A stretch of DNA of 47,223 nt, taken from NCBI GenBank assembly GCA_044222475.1, contig JBGANF010000053.1, positions 1 through 47,223 of the forward strand, in the 5' to 3' direction. Position numbers and translations under genes: made by a program. The notes under the pieces are model-generated. The model was not told where the DNA came from. It did no database searches and was given only the letters and a program-made list of their open reading frames with translations. This DNA comes from Polyangiaceae bacterium (GTDB lineage Bacteria > Myxococcota_A > Polyangia > Polyangiales > Polyangiaceae). Shown here in pieces: positions 28,354 to 36,898 of the stretch (position 1 is the stretch's first letter; every line of letters starts with the position of its first letter).

Positions 28354-29667
28354 TCACGCCTCCCGGGCGTCGGGCACGCTCTTCGTGACTCGACCGCGCA
28401 GGAGCAGCGCGACCGCCGGCGACGTCGCGAGGGTCGTCCCGACCGCGACGAGCACGAGCATCGCGTAGAGCGTCGGCGAGAGGACCCCGCGCTCGAGACC
28501 GATGTTCAGGATGATGAGACCCATCATGCCGCGCGTGTTCATCAGCGTGCCGATCGTGACCGAATCTCGCCACGACTCGCCGGACGCTCGCGCGGCGACG
28601 GTGCAAGCGCCGAATTTTCCGACGATCGCGACGAGCGAGAGCAAACCTGTGATCGCCCATAGCGCGCCCGAGTCGAGGAGTCCGACCGACGCGTTGAGTC
28701 CGGCGTACGCGAAGAACACGGGGACGAGCACCGTCGTGGTCACCGGTTCGAGCTTCTCGAAGAGCTCGCGAGTGAGGACTCCGCGCGGGATCGCGGTCCC
28801 GAGGACGAACGCGCCGAACACGGCGTGGACCCCGAGTCGATCCGTGATCCACGCGCCGCCGAAGACGAGCGCGAGCACGAGGACGAGCACCGCGTGAGGC
28901 GCGGTGCCGGCGCGCTCGACCGAGCGTGCGAGCTTCGCGAGCAGCAGCGGTCGCAGCACGCGATGCACGAGCACCGTGTAGAGGACCGCCCCGCCGATCG
29001 TGATCGCCGCGACCCGCCCGTCGTGCTGGGTGTACGCGAGGACGACGGCGAGTAGGGACCACGCGATCACGTCGTCGCTGGCTCCAGCCGCGAGGGTGAG
29101 GACTCCGAGCCGACTCTTGGCGAGCCCGCGCTCGTAGAGGATGCGTGCGAGCATCGGGAACGCCGTGATCGACATCGCGGCCCCGAGGAAGAGCGCAGCC
29201 TCGATCGGTCTCACGCCTTCGGCGAAGAGCGGCACGTCGGCGAACGAGCGGCGCACGAGCGGGACGCTTGCGATCGCGCCGAGGATGAAGGGAGCGACGA
29301 TGCCCGACACCGAGACCGCCGCCGCGCGGCGCGCGTCTTTCCTGAGCAGTCCGAGGTCCAGCTCGGCGCCGACGAGGAACATGTAGAGCGCGAGACCGAT
29401 CTGGCTCACGGCCGAGAGGATCGACATCGACGGGTTCGCCGCGGTCTCGCCCGTCGCGAGGACCAGGGGAGCCTTCGGGAAGAGCCACGCCTCGGCTGCG
29501 GGCGACACCAGGCCGAGCAGCGACGGCCCGAGGAGCATGCCAGCGACCATCTCGCCGACGACGGTCGTTTGCCCCAGCCTCTTCAGCACGAAGGCCACGA
29601 GGCGACACGCGCCGAGGATGGCGGCGAGCTGGAGGAAGAGTCGGAGGACGAGATCGAAGTTGCTCAC
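28354..29667 (-). CDS. Cation:proton antiporter (CPA2/Na_H_Exchanger family)
   Basis: 'VVGEMVAGMLLGPS', 'SITAFPMLARIL', 'DDVIAW' and 'MNTRG'. GTG start inferred. Confidence 0.92.
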   Translation of the reverse strand: MSNFDLVLRLFLQLAAILGACRLVAFVLKRLGQTTVVGEMVAGMLLGPSLLGLVSPAAEAWLFPKAPLVLATGETAANPSMSILSAVSQIGLALYMFLVGAELDLGLLRKDARRAAAVSVSGIVAPFILGAIASVPLVRRSFADVPLFAEGVRPIEAALFLGAAMSITAFPMLARILYERGLAKSRLGVLTLAAGASDDVIAWSLLAVVLAYTQHDGRVAAITIGGAVLYTVLVHRVLRPLLLAKLARSVERAGTAPHAVLVLVLALVFGGAWITDRLGVHAVFGAFVLGTAIPRGVLTRELFEKLEPVTTTVLVPVFFAYAGLNASVGLLDSGALWAITGLLSLVAIVGKFGACTVAARASGESWRDSVTIGTLMNTRGMMGLIILNIGLERGVLSPTLYAMLVLVAVGTTLATSPAVALLLRGRVTKSVPDAREA

Positions 29668-29696
29668 GCCCGCGAGCCCTCGTGTTACACGAAGCC

Positions 29697-30449
29697 ATGC
29701 GCATTGCACGCCTTTTGCTGGGAAATCAGGCGCGTTTCGCGCGCCTCGAGGGCGACGTTGCCCACGTTCTCTCGGCGGCGCCGTGGCTCGGTGGAGCGGC
29801 CACCGGTGAGACGGTTCCGTTCCACGAGCGCGATCTCCTCGCGCCGGTCGAGCCGTTCAAGATCCTTTGCGTCGGCCGCAACTACGTCGCGCACGCGAAG
29901 GAGCTCGGCAACGAAGTCCCGAAGGAGCCGCTCTTGTTCTTCAAGCCCAAGACCGCGCTCGTCGGTCACGGTGGCGAGGTCGTTCTTCCTTCGGTGAGCG
30001 ATCGCGTCGAGCACGAGGCCGAGCTCGGCGTCGTCATCGGAAAGTACGCCCGCAACGTCGAGCGAGGGAACGCGCTCGCTCACGTCTACGGGTACACGAT
30101 CGTGAACGACGTGACCGCGCGCGATCTCCAGAAGAAGGACGGTCAGTGGGCCCGAGCCAAGGGCTTCGACGGCTTCTGTCCTGCTGGGCCGTGGATCGAG
30201 ACCGATCTCGATCCGCGCGACGTCGCGGTCCGTTGTCGGGTGAACGGCGCGACGCGGCAGGACGGGCGCACGTCGAGCATGGTCTTCGACGTCGCCGCGT
30301 TGATCGCCTATGCGTCGGCGATCATGACGCTCGAGCCGGGTGATCTCATCGCGACCGGGACGCCGGAGGGAGTCGGCCCGCTCGCCAAAGGGGACCGACT
30401 CGAGACCGAGATCGAGGGGATCGGCGTGCTCGAAAATCGGATCGCATGA
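29697..30449 (+). CDS. Fumarylacetoacetate hydrolase family protein
   Basis: 'KILCVGRNY..H', 'EHEAELGVVIG', 'NDVTARDLQ', 'KGFDGFCP' and 'TGTPEGVG'. Confidence 0.93.
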   Translation: MRIARLLLGNQARFARLEGDVAHVLSAAPWLGGAATGETVPFHERDLLAPVEPFKILCVGRNYVAHAKELGNEVPKEPLLFFKPKTALVGHGGEVVLPSVSDRVEHEAELGVVIGKYARNVERGNALAHVYGYTIVNDVTARDLQKKDGQWARAKGFDGFCPAGPWIETDLDPRDVAVRCRVNGATRQDGRTSSMVFDVAALIAYASAIMTLEPGDLIATGTPEGVGPLAKGDRLETEIEGIGVLENRIA

Positions 30450-31276
30450 AGCGTGGGCTCTGGCTCGCGGCCGCGCTCGTGGCGCTCGTCGCCGCGACGA
30501 TCGCGATCGTCGTCATGAGCCCCGCCGAAGGTGCGCAGTGCGGGCCTGGGTTTCGCGCGGCCGGTCCACGCTGTTGCCCGGGCGAAGGCGCCGGCACGGA
30601 CTCGTGTCGCTCGAGCGCGACGTGCCCGGCACCGCTCGTCGCGAGGGCCGGCGACTGCGCGGCGCCGCGCGCGCGGGTGAACGTCCCCGAGACGACGGTG
30701 ACCATCGGCCCGTCGGACTGGGAGGCGGAGGGGCTCGTCGCCCCGCGAACGATCCACGTCGCGCGGTTTGCGCTCGATGCGTTCGAGCTCACGGTCGCCG
30801 ACGTGACGCCGAGCACCACCGCCGACGGGGCGCGAGCCGCCGCCGATCTCGATCTCGCCAAGGCGCGTGCATTATGCAAAGAACGAGGCGGCCGGCTCCC
30901 GACCGAGGACGAGTGGATCGCCGCCGCCGCCACCGAGAAAGCGCGCCGCTATCCCTGGGGCGACACGGGCCTCGTGTGCCGCCGCGCAGCGTTCGGTCTC
31001 GAGGCCGGTCCGTGCGCGCACGGCGCGACCGGGCCCGACACCGTCGGCGCACACCCCGACGGCGACGGTGCGCTCGGGCTTCACGATCTCGCGGGCAACG
31101 TCGCGGAGTGGGTCGAACCGCGCGCCGAGGCGGCGGCGAAGGGCAGGGGCGTACTCCGGGGCGGTTCGTACCGCAGCAAGCTCGCCGCCGACCTGCGCAT
31201 CTGGTCCCGCGCCGAGGTCGACGCAGCGTTTCACGATTCGACGACCGGCGCGCGCTGCGCCTACGACGCGGAGTGA
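30446..31276 (+). CDS. Secreted FGE-sulfatase (SUMF1/EgtB-like) domain protein
   Basis: Signal peptide, 'RLPTEDEW', 'YPWG', 'DLAGNVAEW', 'RGGS' and 'GARC'. Confidence 0.88.
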   Translation: MKRGLWLAAALVALVAATIAIVVMSPAEGAQCGPGFRAAGPRCCPGEGAGTDSCRSSATCPAPLVARAGDCAAPRARVNVPETTVTIGPSDWEAEGLVAPRTIHVARFALDAFELTVADVTPSTTADGARAAADLDLAKARALCKERGGRLPTEDEWIAAAATEKARRYPWGDTGLVCRRAAFGLEAGPCAHGATGPDTVGAHPDGDGALGLHDLAGNVAEWVEPRAEAAAKGRGVLRGGSYRSKLAADLRIWSRAEVDAAFHDSTTGARCAYDAE

Positions 31277-31298
31277 GTTTCTGCCCTATTCTGGGGCC

Positions 31299-32546
31299 AT
31301 GACCGCCGCCGTCTTCTGCATCGGCACCGAGCTCACCCGAGGAGAGCTCGTCAACTCGAACGCGGCGTTTCTGGCTGCCGGACTGACCGCGCTCGGCTTC
31401 GAGGTCGTCGAGGAGTCGTGCGTCGACGACCATCGCGGTCGCATCGGCGATGCACTGGCGCGGCTCGGACGCACGCACGAGGTCGTCGTCTGCACCGGCG
31501 GTCTCGGACCCACCACCGACGATCTCACGAGCGAAGCAGTCGCGACGGCGCTCGGCGTCTCGCTCCGGCGCGACGAAGCGTCGCTCGAGCACATCCGCCG
31601 TCGCTTCGAGAAGATGGGGCGGACGATGAACCCCTCGAACGCGAAGCAAGCGGACTTCCCCGAAGGCGCGGAGATCCTGCCGAACCCCATCGGGACCGCG
31701 CCCGGCTTCGCGGTGCGCATCGGCTCGGCGCACGCGTTCTTCCTCCCTGGGGTTCCGCGCGAGATGACCAAGATGTTCGAGGAGCAGGTCACGCCGAGGA
31801 TCCGCTCGGTCGCCCCCAACGATACCTTTCAGGTACGGCTCCGCACGTTCGGCATGCCCGAGAGCGCCGTCGGCGAGAAGCTCGCCGGCGTCGAGGCAGC
31901 GTTTCCCGGAGTGACGATCGGTTACCGCGCGCACTTTCCCGAAATCGAGGTGAAGGTGCTCGCGAAGCTGGCCACGTTCGACGAGGCGCGCGACGTGTGT
32001 GGTCGCGCGACGGCCGAAGTGCGCGCTCGCCTCGGTGACATCGTGTACGGCGAAGGCGACGACACCTTCGCCGGCGTCGTCGGGCGCGTCCTTCGCCAGC
32101 GCGGGCTCACGCTCGCGATCGCGGAGTCGTGCACCGGCGGTCTCGTCGGTCACATGCTCACGCGCGAGGCCGGCGCGAGCGACTTCCTGCTCCTCGACGC
32201 GGTGACGTACGCCAACAGCGCGAAGACCGGGATCCTCGGCGTCGGCGAGGACGTGCTCCGCGCGCACGGAGCGGTCAGCGCCGAGGTCGCCATGGCGATG
32301 GCCGAAGGCGCGCGTCGCGTCAGCGGGGCGTCGATCGCCCTTTCGCTCACTGGCGTCGCAGGACCGAGCGGAGGTACCGACGCGAAGCCCGTCGGCACCG
32401 TGCACCTCGCGGTCGCGGGTGATCGCGGAACGGAGCACGCGCACCGAGTCTTCCCGTTCGATCGCGCGATGAACCAGCACATCGCCGCCTACGCGGGGCT
32501 TCTCCTCGTGCGGCGCTACGTCGAAGCTCGAGGGACGACGCCATGA
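31299..32546 (+). CDS. cinA: Competence/damage-inducible protein CinA (MoCF-like + NMN deamidase PncC)
   Basis: 'IGTEL..G..VNSN', 'TGGLGPTTDDLT', 'PGVPREM', 'AESCTGG' and 'TGVAGPSGG'. Confidence 0.95.
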   Translation: MTAAVFCIGTELTRGELVNSNAAFLAAGLTALGFEVVEESCVDDHRGRIGDALARLGRTHEVVVCTGGLGPTTDDLTSEAVATALGVSLRRDEASLEHIRRRFEKMGRTMNPSNAKQADFPEGAEILPNPIGTAPGFAVRIGSAHAFFLPGVPREMTKMFEEQVTPRIRSVAPNDTFQVRLRTFGMPESAVGEKLAGVEAAFPGVTIGYRAHFPEIEVKVLAKLATFDEARDVCGRATAEVRARLGDIVYGEGDDTFAGVVGRVLRQRGLTLAIAESCTGGLVGHMLTREAGASDFLLLDAVTYANSAKTGILGVGEDVLRAHGAVSAEVAMAMAEGARRVSGASIALSLTGVAGPSGGTDAKPVGTVHLAVAGDRGTEHAHRVFPFDRAMNQHIAAYAGLLLVRRYVEARGTTP

Positions 32547-33073
32547 CGACTCGCCGGCTCTTTCTCGCCCTCACGCTCGACGAATCGAGCATCGCCGCCG
32601 CCGAGCGCGCGTGCGGCGTCCTCCCGAAGGACCGCGGTTTCCGTCTCACGCGGCGCGCGGACCTCCACGTCACCCTCGTCTTCCTCGGCGAGGTCGACCA
32701 AGCGGCCGCCGAGCGCGAGGTCTTCGGCGCAGTCGCGCCGCGGTACGTCGAAGCCTCGCCGCTCGAGCTCGGCACTGCGGTGCTCTCGGGCTTCCCCAAG
32801 CCGAACCGGGCGACGATCGCGATCCTTCGCCTCGCCGACCCGGGCGAACGGATCGCCGCGCTCGCGCGCGTCGCCCACGACGCGGCGAAGAAGATCGGCG
32901 TGGCCGTGGAGGATCGGCCCTTCGCGCCGCACGTCACGCTGGCGCGTCACCGCGCCGGTTTCGACCTCGCGCCGCTCTCGTCCCGAGTTGGTACCGCTCG
33001 CCTCGGTCGTGCATCGGGTCTCGCCCTGTTCGCGAGCGAGGGCGGCCGCTACGTCGAGCTTCGTCGCGCCTGA
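32543..33073 (+). CDS. thpR: RNA 2',3'-cyclic phosphodiesterase (2H family)
   Basis: 'RLFLAL', two HxT motifs 'LHVTLVFLG' and 'FAPHVTLAR', and ATGA coupling to cinA. Confidence 0.9.
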   Translation: MTTRRLFLALTLDESSIAAAERACGVLPKDRGFRLTRRADLHVTLVFLGEVDQAAAEREVFGAVAPRYVEASPLELGTAVLSGFPKPNRATIAILRLADPGERIAALARVAHDAAKKIGVAVEDRPFAPHVTLARHRAGFDLAPLSSRVGTARLGRASGLALFASEGGRYVELRRA

Positions 33074-36000
33074 TCGTCGCGGAGCGCGGCCTCGAGCGAC
33101 CGCACTGCGAAGCGAACGTTCTCCGAACGCCCCGTCCACGAGCGCTCGGGGCGCGGAGCCGCCGCGTCGGCGAGCAGCGCCTCCGCGTTGGCCTTGTGCC
33201 GCTTCGCTGCACCGTCGTCGCCGGCGGCGGAAGCCGCGCGCATCCGGGCGACCTCGATGTGTCCGCCGAGGACTCCGATCGCGTACCGGATGACGTCGTC
33301 GTCGATTTCGGCGGCTGCAGTGTCCGCTTCGCGCGCGAGCTCGACCGCGAGATCGATCCGATCGTCGTCGGCGGCGAGCGCGCCGAGCCACCCCGTCGCC
33401 CACGCGCGGAAGCGTCGGTCCCCGAACTCGGTGAGCGTGCGCGTGCCTGCCTGGAAATACGCCCGCGCCTCGCTGGGCCGCCCTTCGAGCGCGCTCGTGA
33501 GCCCGAGGTTCGCGAGGAGGATGCCCTCGATCAACTTCATCCCGAGCTCACGCGCGAGGGAGAGACCCTGATGAAACCGGCGACGAGCCTCGGTGAGGTC
33601 GCCCTGGTCGACGCGAAGGACGGCGAGGTTGTTGAGCATCGCCGCTTCCATGCGTCGATGGCCGATCGCGCGCGTGAGCTCGAGCGCTGCGATGTCGTGC
33701 CGTTCGGCCTCGGCGTGATGGCCTCGTTGAAGAGCGACCGTGGCTGCGGTCTGATGGCCGAGCGCGCGAGCGTACGGCGACTCGCTGGCGATCGCGGCGT
33801 TCGCTTCGCGCGCAGCCTCGTCGAGATCGCCGATCAACCACGACATCCCTGCGCGCCGCGCGATCGCGTGAGCCGCGAGCGCGGCGTCGGGCTGGAGCGC
33901 GAGGACGCGCGTCATGAGCTCGCGCCCGCGACGCACCTCGCCGAAGGTCCGCGCCGAGTCACCCGCCTCGAAGAGGCAGCGCGCGAGCGTGCCGTCGCCC
34001 GCCGTGCGAGCGCGATCGGCGAGGCCCATGAGCGCAGCGTGCGCCGCCCGGGGATCGGTCTGAGCGAGGAGTGCCTCGCGAACGATGCGCGCTCGAACGA
34101 CGGTCGCGTCGTCTTGCGGGGCCTCGGCGAGCACGCGCTCGATCCGCTCGCGCAGTGCGTGCGGGCTCCGAGAAGCGTGGATCGACTCGAGCGCGAGGAG
34201 GCCGCGCAACGCCCCGTCGACGTCTCCCTGCGAAGCGGACCAGTCCACCGCGGCGAGGACGTTGTCGGCATCGGCGCGGAGGCGCGCGCGCGCCTCGATC
34301 GACGGATCGTACGTTCCGGTGGCCTCGGCCCACGCGAGCATCGCGCGCGCGTGGCGGTGGCGCAGCTCCCGGACGCCGTCCGCGCCCAAGATGCCGTCGA
34401 CCTTGGCCTCGGCATACTCGCGCAGGGTCTCCAGCATGCGGAAGCGGACGTGACCGTGCGCGTCGCGCACGCCGAGGATCATGGAGCGATCGCGGAGCGC
34501 CTCGAGCAGGTCCACGATCGAGGCGTCACGGCCGGCGTCGATGACGGTCTCGGCCGCCTCGAGCGTCCAACCGTTGCGAAAGACGGCGCACTGAGCGAAG
34601 GCCGATCGCTCCTGGTCCCCGAGGAGATCCCACGACCAATCGATCGCACCTCGCAGCGTCGCCTGGCGCTGCGGTGCGTCCCGCGGCCCGCCGGTGAGAA
34701 GGCGGAAGCGATCGTCGAGCCGAGACGCGAGCTGAGAGAGCGACAAGGTGCGCATGCGCGCAGTCGCGAGCTCCAGCGCGAGGGGGATTCCTTCGAGTCG
34801 GTTCACGATGTCGCGCACGGTGCCGGCGTCCTCGGGGCGGAGCTCCACGCCGACGTCCTTCGCGAGGCGGGTGAAGAGCGTCACTCCCTCGTCTTCGGCG
34901 AGCGGGCTGAGCTCGACGATGTGCTCGCCATCGACGCGCAGCGCGGCGCGCGACGTGACCACGATTCTGAGGGCAGGTGCGAGCGCGAGCCATCGACTGA
35001 CGATCGCCGCGTGCTCGGTGAGCTGCTCGAAGTTGTCGAGCACGATCGCACAAGCGCCTCGCGACGCGAGCGCGCGTCCCACGCGCTGCTCGGTGGTGAT
35101 CGTCGGATCGATCACCGGCACGCGAAGGCTCTGCGCGACGACGTCGAGGAGCTCCTCCGCGGAGCGCGCAGGCGAGAGATCGCAGAACCACACCCCGCCC
35201 TCGTGCGCTTCGAGGATCGCGCGCGAAGCGCGGAGCGCGAGGCGAGTCTTCCCGGTTCCTCCGGGCCCGATGATCGTGACGAGGCGCTCGCGTTCGAGGA
35301 GAGATACGAGCTCGGCGATCTCGCGCTCGCGACCGACGAACCCTTCGTCGTCGTCTGGGAGGTTGGTCATCGGGCCAGTCGCGCTCACCGACGGCGGTAC
35401 CGCCGGTGGAGGCATCGTCGGGGCGTAGGCTCGCTTGGAGTGAGGGCTGAACGCGTCGGCGCCGCCGCGCTGCAACGTCGCGCGGAGGTCGGCTGCGCTC
35501 TCCGGCCGTTGCGTCGGGTCGCGGCGGAGGCACGACGAGATCGCCTGCGCGAGCCACGCGGGAGCGTCGGGGACGAAGGATCGCGGGTCCGGTGGTTCGT
35601 CGGCGAGGAGCTGATTGACGAGGTGGGACAGCGATTTCGCCTGGAACGGAGGTCGGCCGGTGAGCGCTTCGAAGAGGGTGACTCCCAGCGACCAGAGATC
35701 GGTGCGAACGTTGGCGCGGTTGCCGGTCATCTGCTCGGGCGCGAGGTAGAGCGGCGTTCCGACGATCGCGCCCGGCGCCGTGGTGCGTCGCCGAGCTTCC
35801 GTCTGCGGACCACCCTTTGCTTCGGCGACGCCGAAGTCGAGGATCTTCACCTGGACAGCGCCGCTGTCGCCGCTGGCGAGGAAGACGTTGTGGGGTTTGA
35901 GATCGCGATGGATGATCCCTGCGGCGTGTGCCGCCGAGAGCCCGCCCGCGATCGCGCCTCCGATCGCCGCGACCTCGAGTGAGGCGAGCCGCCCGCGACG

Positions 36001-36315
36001 AAGGATCGCGTCGCCCAACGTCTCGCCATGGAGGAGCTCCATCGCGATCCACGCGAGCTCACCATCGACGCCGGCGTCGAACACCTCGACGATTGCCGGA
36101 TCGCGGAGTCGAGCGAGGGTGATGCCCTCTTCTTCGAAGCGCGCGACGATGTCGGCGGTGGGCGCCAGGGCCAGGACCTTGAGCGCGAGCTCGCGCTTGA
36201 GCCTCTCGTGAACCGCGCGGTACACCGCGCCCATCGCGCCCGCGCCGACCAGGTCGAGGACGCGGTAGCGACCTCCCACGAGCTGGCCGCTGGCGAGGAC
36301 GCTGACGTCGCGCAT
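33049..36315 (-). CDS. Ser/Thr protein kinase fused to STAND-like P-loop NTPase and TPRs
   Basis: Kinase motifs GAGAMG, ALK, HRDLKPHN, DFG and APE. NTPase motifs 'GPGGTGKT', 'IVLDNFE' and 'GIPLALEL'. TPR-like C-terminus. Confidence 0.92.
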   Translation of the reverse strand: MRDVSVLASGQLVGGRYRVLDLVGAGAMGAVYRAVHERLKRELALKVLALAPTADIVARFEEEGITLARLRDPAIVEVFDAGVDGELAWIAMELLHGETLGDAILRRGRLASLEVAAIGGAIAGGLSAAHAAGIIHRDLKPHNVFLASGDSGAVQVKILDFGVAEAKGGPQTEARRRTTAPGAIVGTPLYLAPEQMTGNRANVRTDLWSLGVTLFEALTGRPPFQAKSLSHLVNQLLADEPPDPRSFVPDAPAWLAQAISSCLRRDPTQRPESAADLRATLQRGGADAFSPHSKRAYAPTMPPPAVPPSVSATGPMTNLPDDDEGFVGREREIAELVSLLERERLVTIIGPGGTGKTRLALRASRAILEAHEGGVWFCDLSPARSAEELLDVVAQSLRVPVIDPTITTEQRVGRALASRGACAIVLDNFEQLTEHAAIVSRWLALAPALRIVVTSRAALRVDGEHIVELSPLAEDEGVTLFTRLAKDVGVELRPEDAGTVRDIVNRLEGIPLALELATARMRTLSLSQLASRLDDRFRLLTGGPRDAPQRQATLRGAIDWSWDLLGDQERSAFAQCAVFRNGWTLEAAETVIDAGRDASIVDLLEALRDRSMILGVRDAHGHVRFRMLETLREYAEAKVDGILGADGVRELRHRHARAMLAWAEATGTYDPSIEARARLRADADNVLAAVDWSASQGDVDGALRGLLALESIHASRSPHALRERIERVLAEAPQDDATVVRARIVREALLAQTDPRAAHAALMGLADRARTAGDGTLARCLFEAGDSARTFGEVRRGRELMTRVLALQPDAALAAHAIARRAGMSWLIGDLDEAAREANAAIASESPYARALGHQTAATVALQRGHHAEAERHDIAALELTRAIGHRRMEAAMLNNLAVLRVDQGDLTEARRRFHQGLSLARELGMKLIEGILLANLGLTSALEGRPSEARAYFQAGTRTLTEFGDRRFRAWATGWLGALAADDDRIDLAVELAREADTAAAEIDDDVIRYAIGVLGGHIEVARMRAASAAGDDGAAKRHKANAEALLADAAAPRPERSWTGRSENVRFAVRSLEAALRDDQARRSST

Positions 36316-36373
36316 GGCGTGAGGCAACGATACACCAGCGTCAGGAAGCCCGAGCGAGTCCGTCGGTCACGAC

Positions 36374-36621
36374 GCCCCAGAGGCCGAAGAGAGAGGCACC
36401 GGAAAATGAACGGAACCGGTACCAGAGAGTGGAACGAAGAGACGCTGCATCCGTAGCCAAACGAGCGCAGAGGCACGACCGACTGCGTGGCGAGGATGTG
36501 GCGGTGAGCTCGGGGTTGCGGAGGCACCGGGCATCGTCTCGCGAGGGCGGTGCAGGGAAGCGCGTTTCCCAAAGGAGCTCTTTGCGTCGTTTTGCGGGTG
36601 CGAATCCCGCCTGGGGTACCA
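36374..36621 (+). ncRNA. Putative ~248-nt structured RNA with tRNA-like ends and a large internal domain (family not recognised)
   Basis: GCCCCAG (36374-80) pairs with CTGGGGT (36611-17), followed by ACCA. T-arm GCGGG-TGCGAAT-CCCGC; D-like stem GCC/GGC; several internal helices with G-U pairs on the + strand. The element is intergenic. Confidence 0.65.
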
Positions 36622-36628
36622 ACGCTCA

Positions 36629-36885
36629 GCCCGTGCCCGTGCCCGAACGATGACGCTGCCCGACTCGCGATCTACGGCTCACAAGCCTGCGCCAACCTGA
36701 TCAGCATCGCCACGACGCGCACCAGCATCGCCTTGCCCGACACGTGCTTAGCTTCTTCGAGTAGCTCGAGTCGCCGACACACGTCGAGTAGCGCCGCCGA
36801 CTCCGTCGCCGAGCCGCGTGCGCTCGAGTAGTACCGCCGCTTGCACGTGGCGGGTAGTCCGGGCACGGGCACGGGCACGGGCACG
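36629..36885. mobile_element. Element bounded by inverted (GTGCCC)n/(GGGCAC)4 repeats, carrying a four-helix-bundle gene fragment
   Basis: GCCCGTGCCCGTGCCCG at 36629-36645 and (GGGCAC)4 at 36861-36884 are reverse complements. Mobility is inferred, not shown. Confidence 0.55.
36672..36848 (-). pseudogene. C-terminal fragment of a four-helix-bundle protein (23S rRNA IVP-like family)
   Basis: 'KRRYYSSARGSATESAALLDV...GKAMLVRVVAMLIRL' fits the family C-terminal 'ARGS..E' motif. The N-terminal 'Q..RA..S...NIAEG' half is missing. Confidence 0.72.
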
Positions 36886-36898
36886 TCGAGATAGGCCC

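Noticed and set aside
36374..36621. Canonical tRNA, tmRNA, or tRNA with a group I intron
   Set aside because: It lacks U8, D-loop GG, TTC and a 7-nt anticodon loop. There is no GGGG start or G3-U70 pair as in tmRNA, and I see no group I core (P7 R/S) motifs.
36330..36630. SRP RNA, RNase P RNA, 6S RNA or cobalamin riboswitch
   Set aside because: No SRP helix-8 CAGG..GGAA..AGCAG motif, no GAGGAAAGTCC, not a single long rod, and no B12-box beyond a lone GGGAAG.
36861..36884. CRISPR array or phase-variable repeat
   Set aside because: It is only a hexamer tandem without spacers. No repeat-spacer array or cas genes are seen anywhere in the window.
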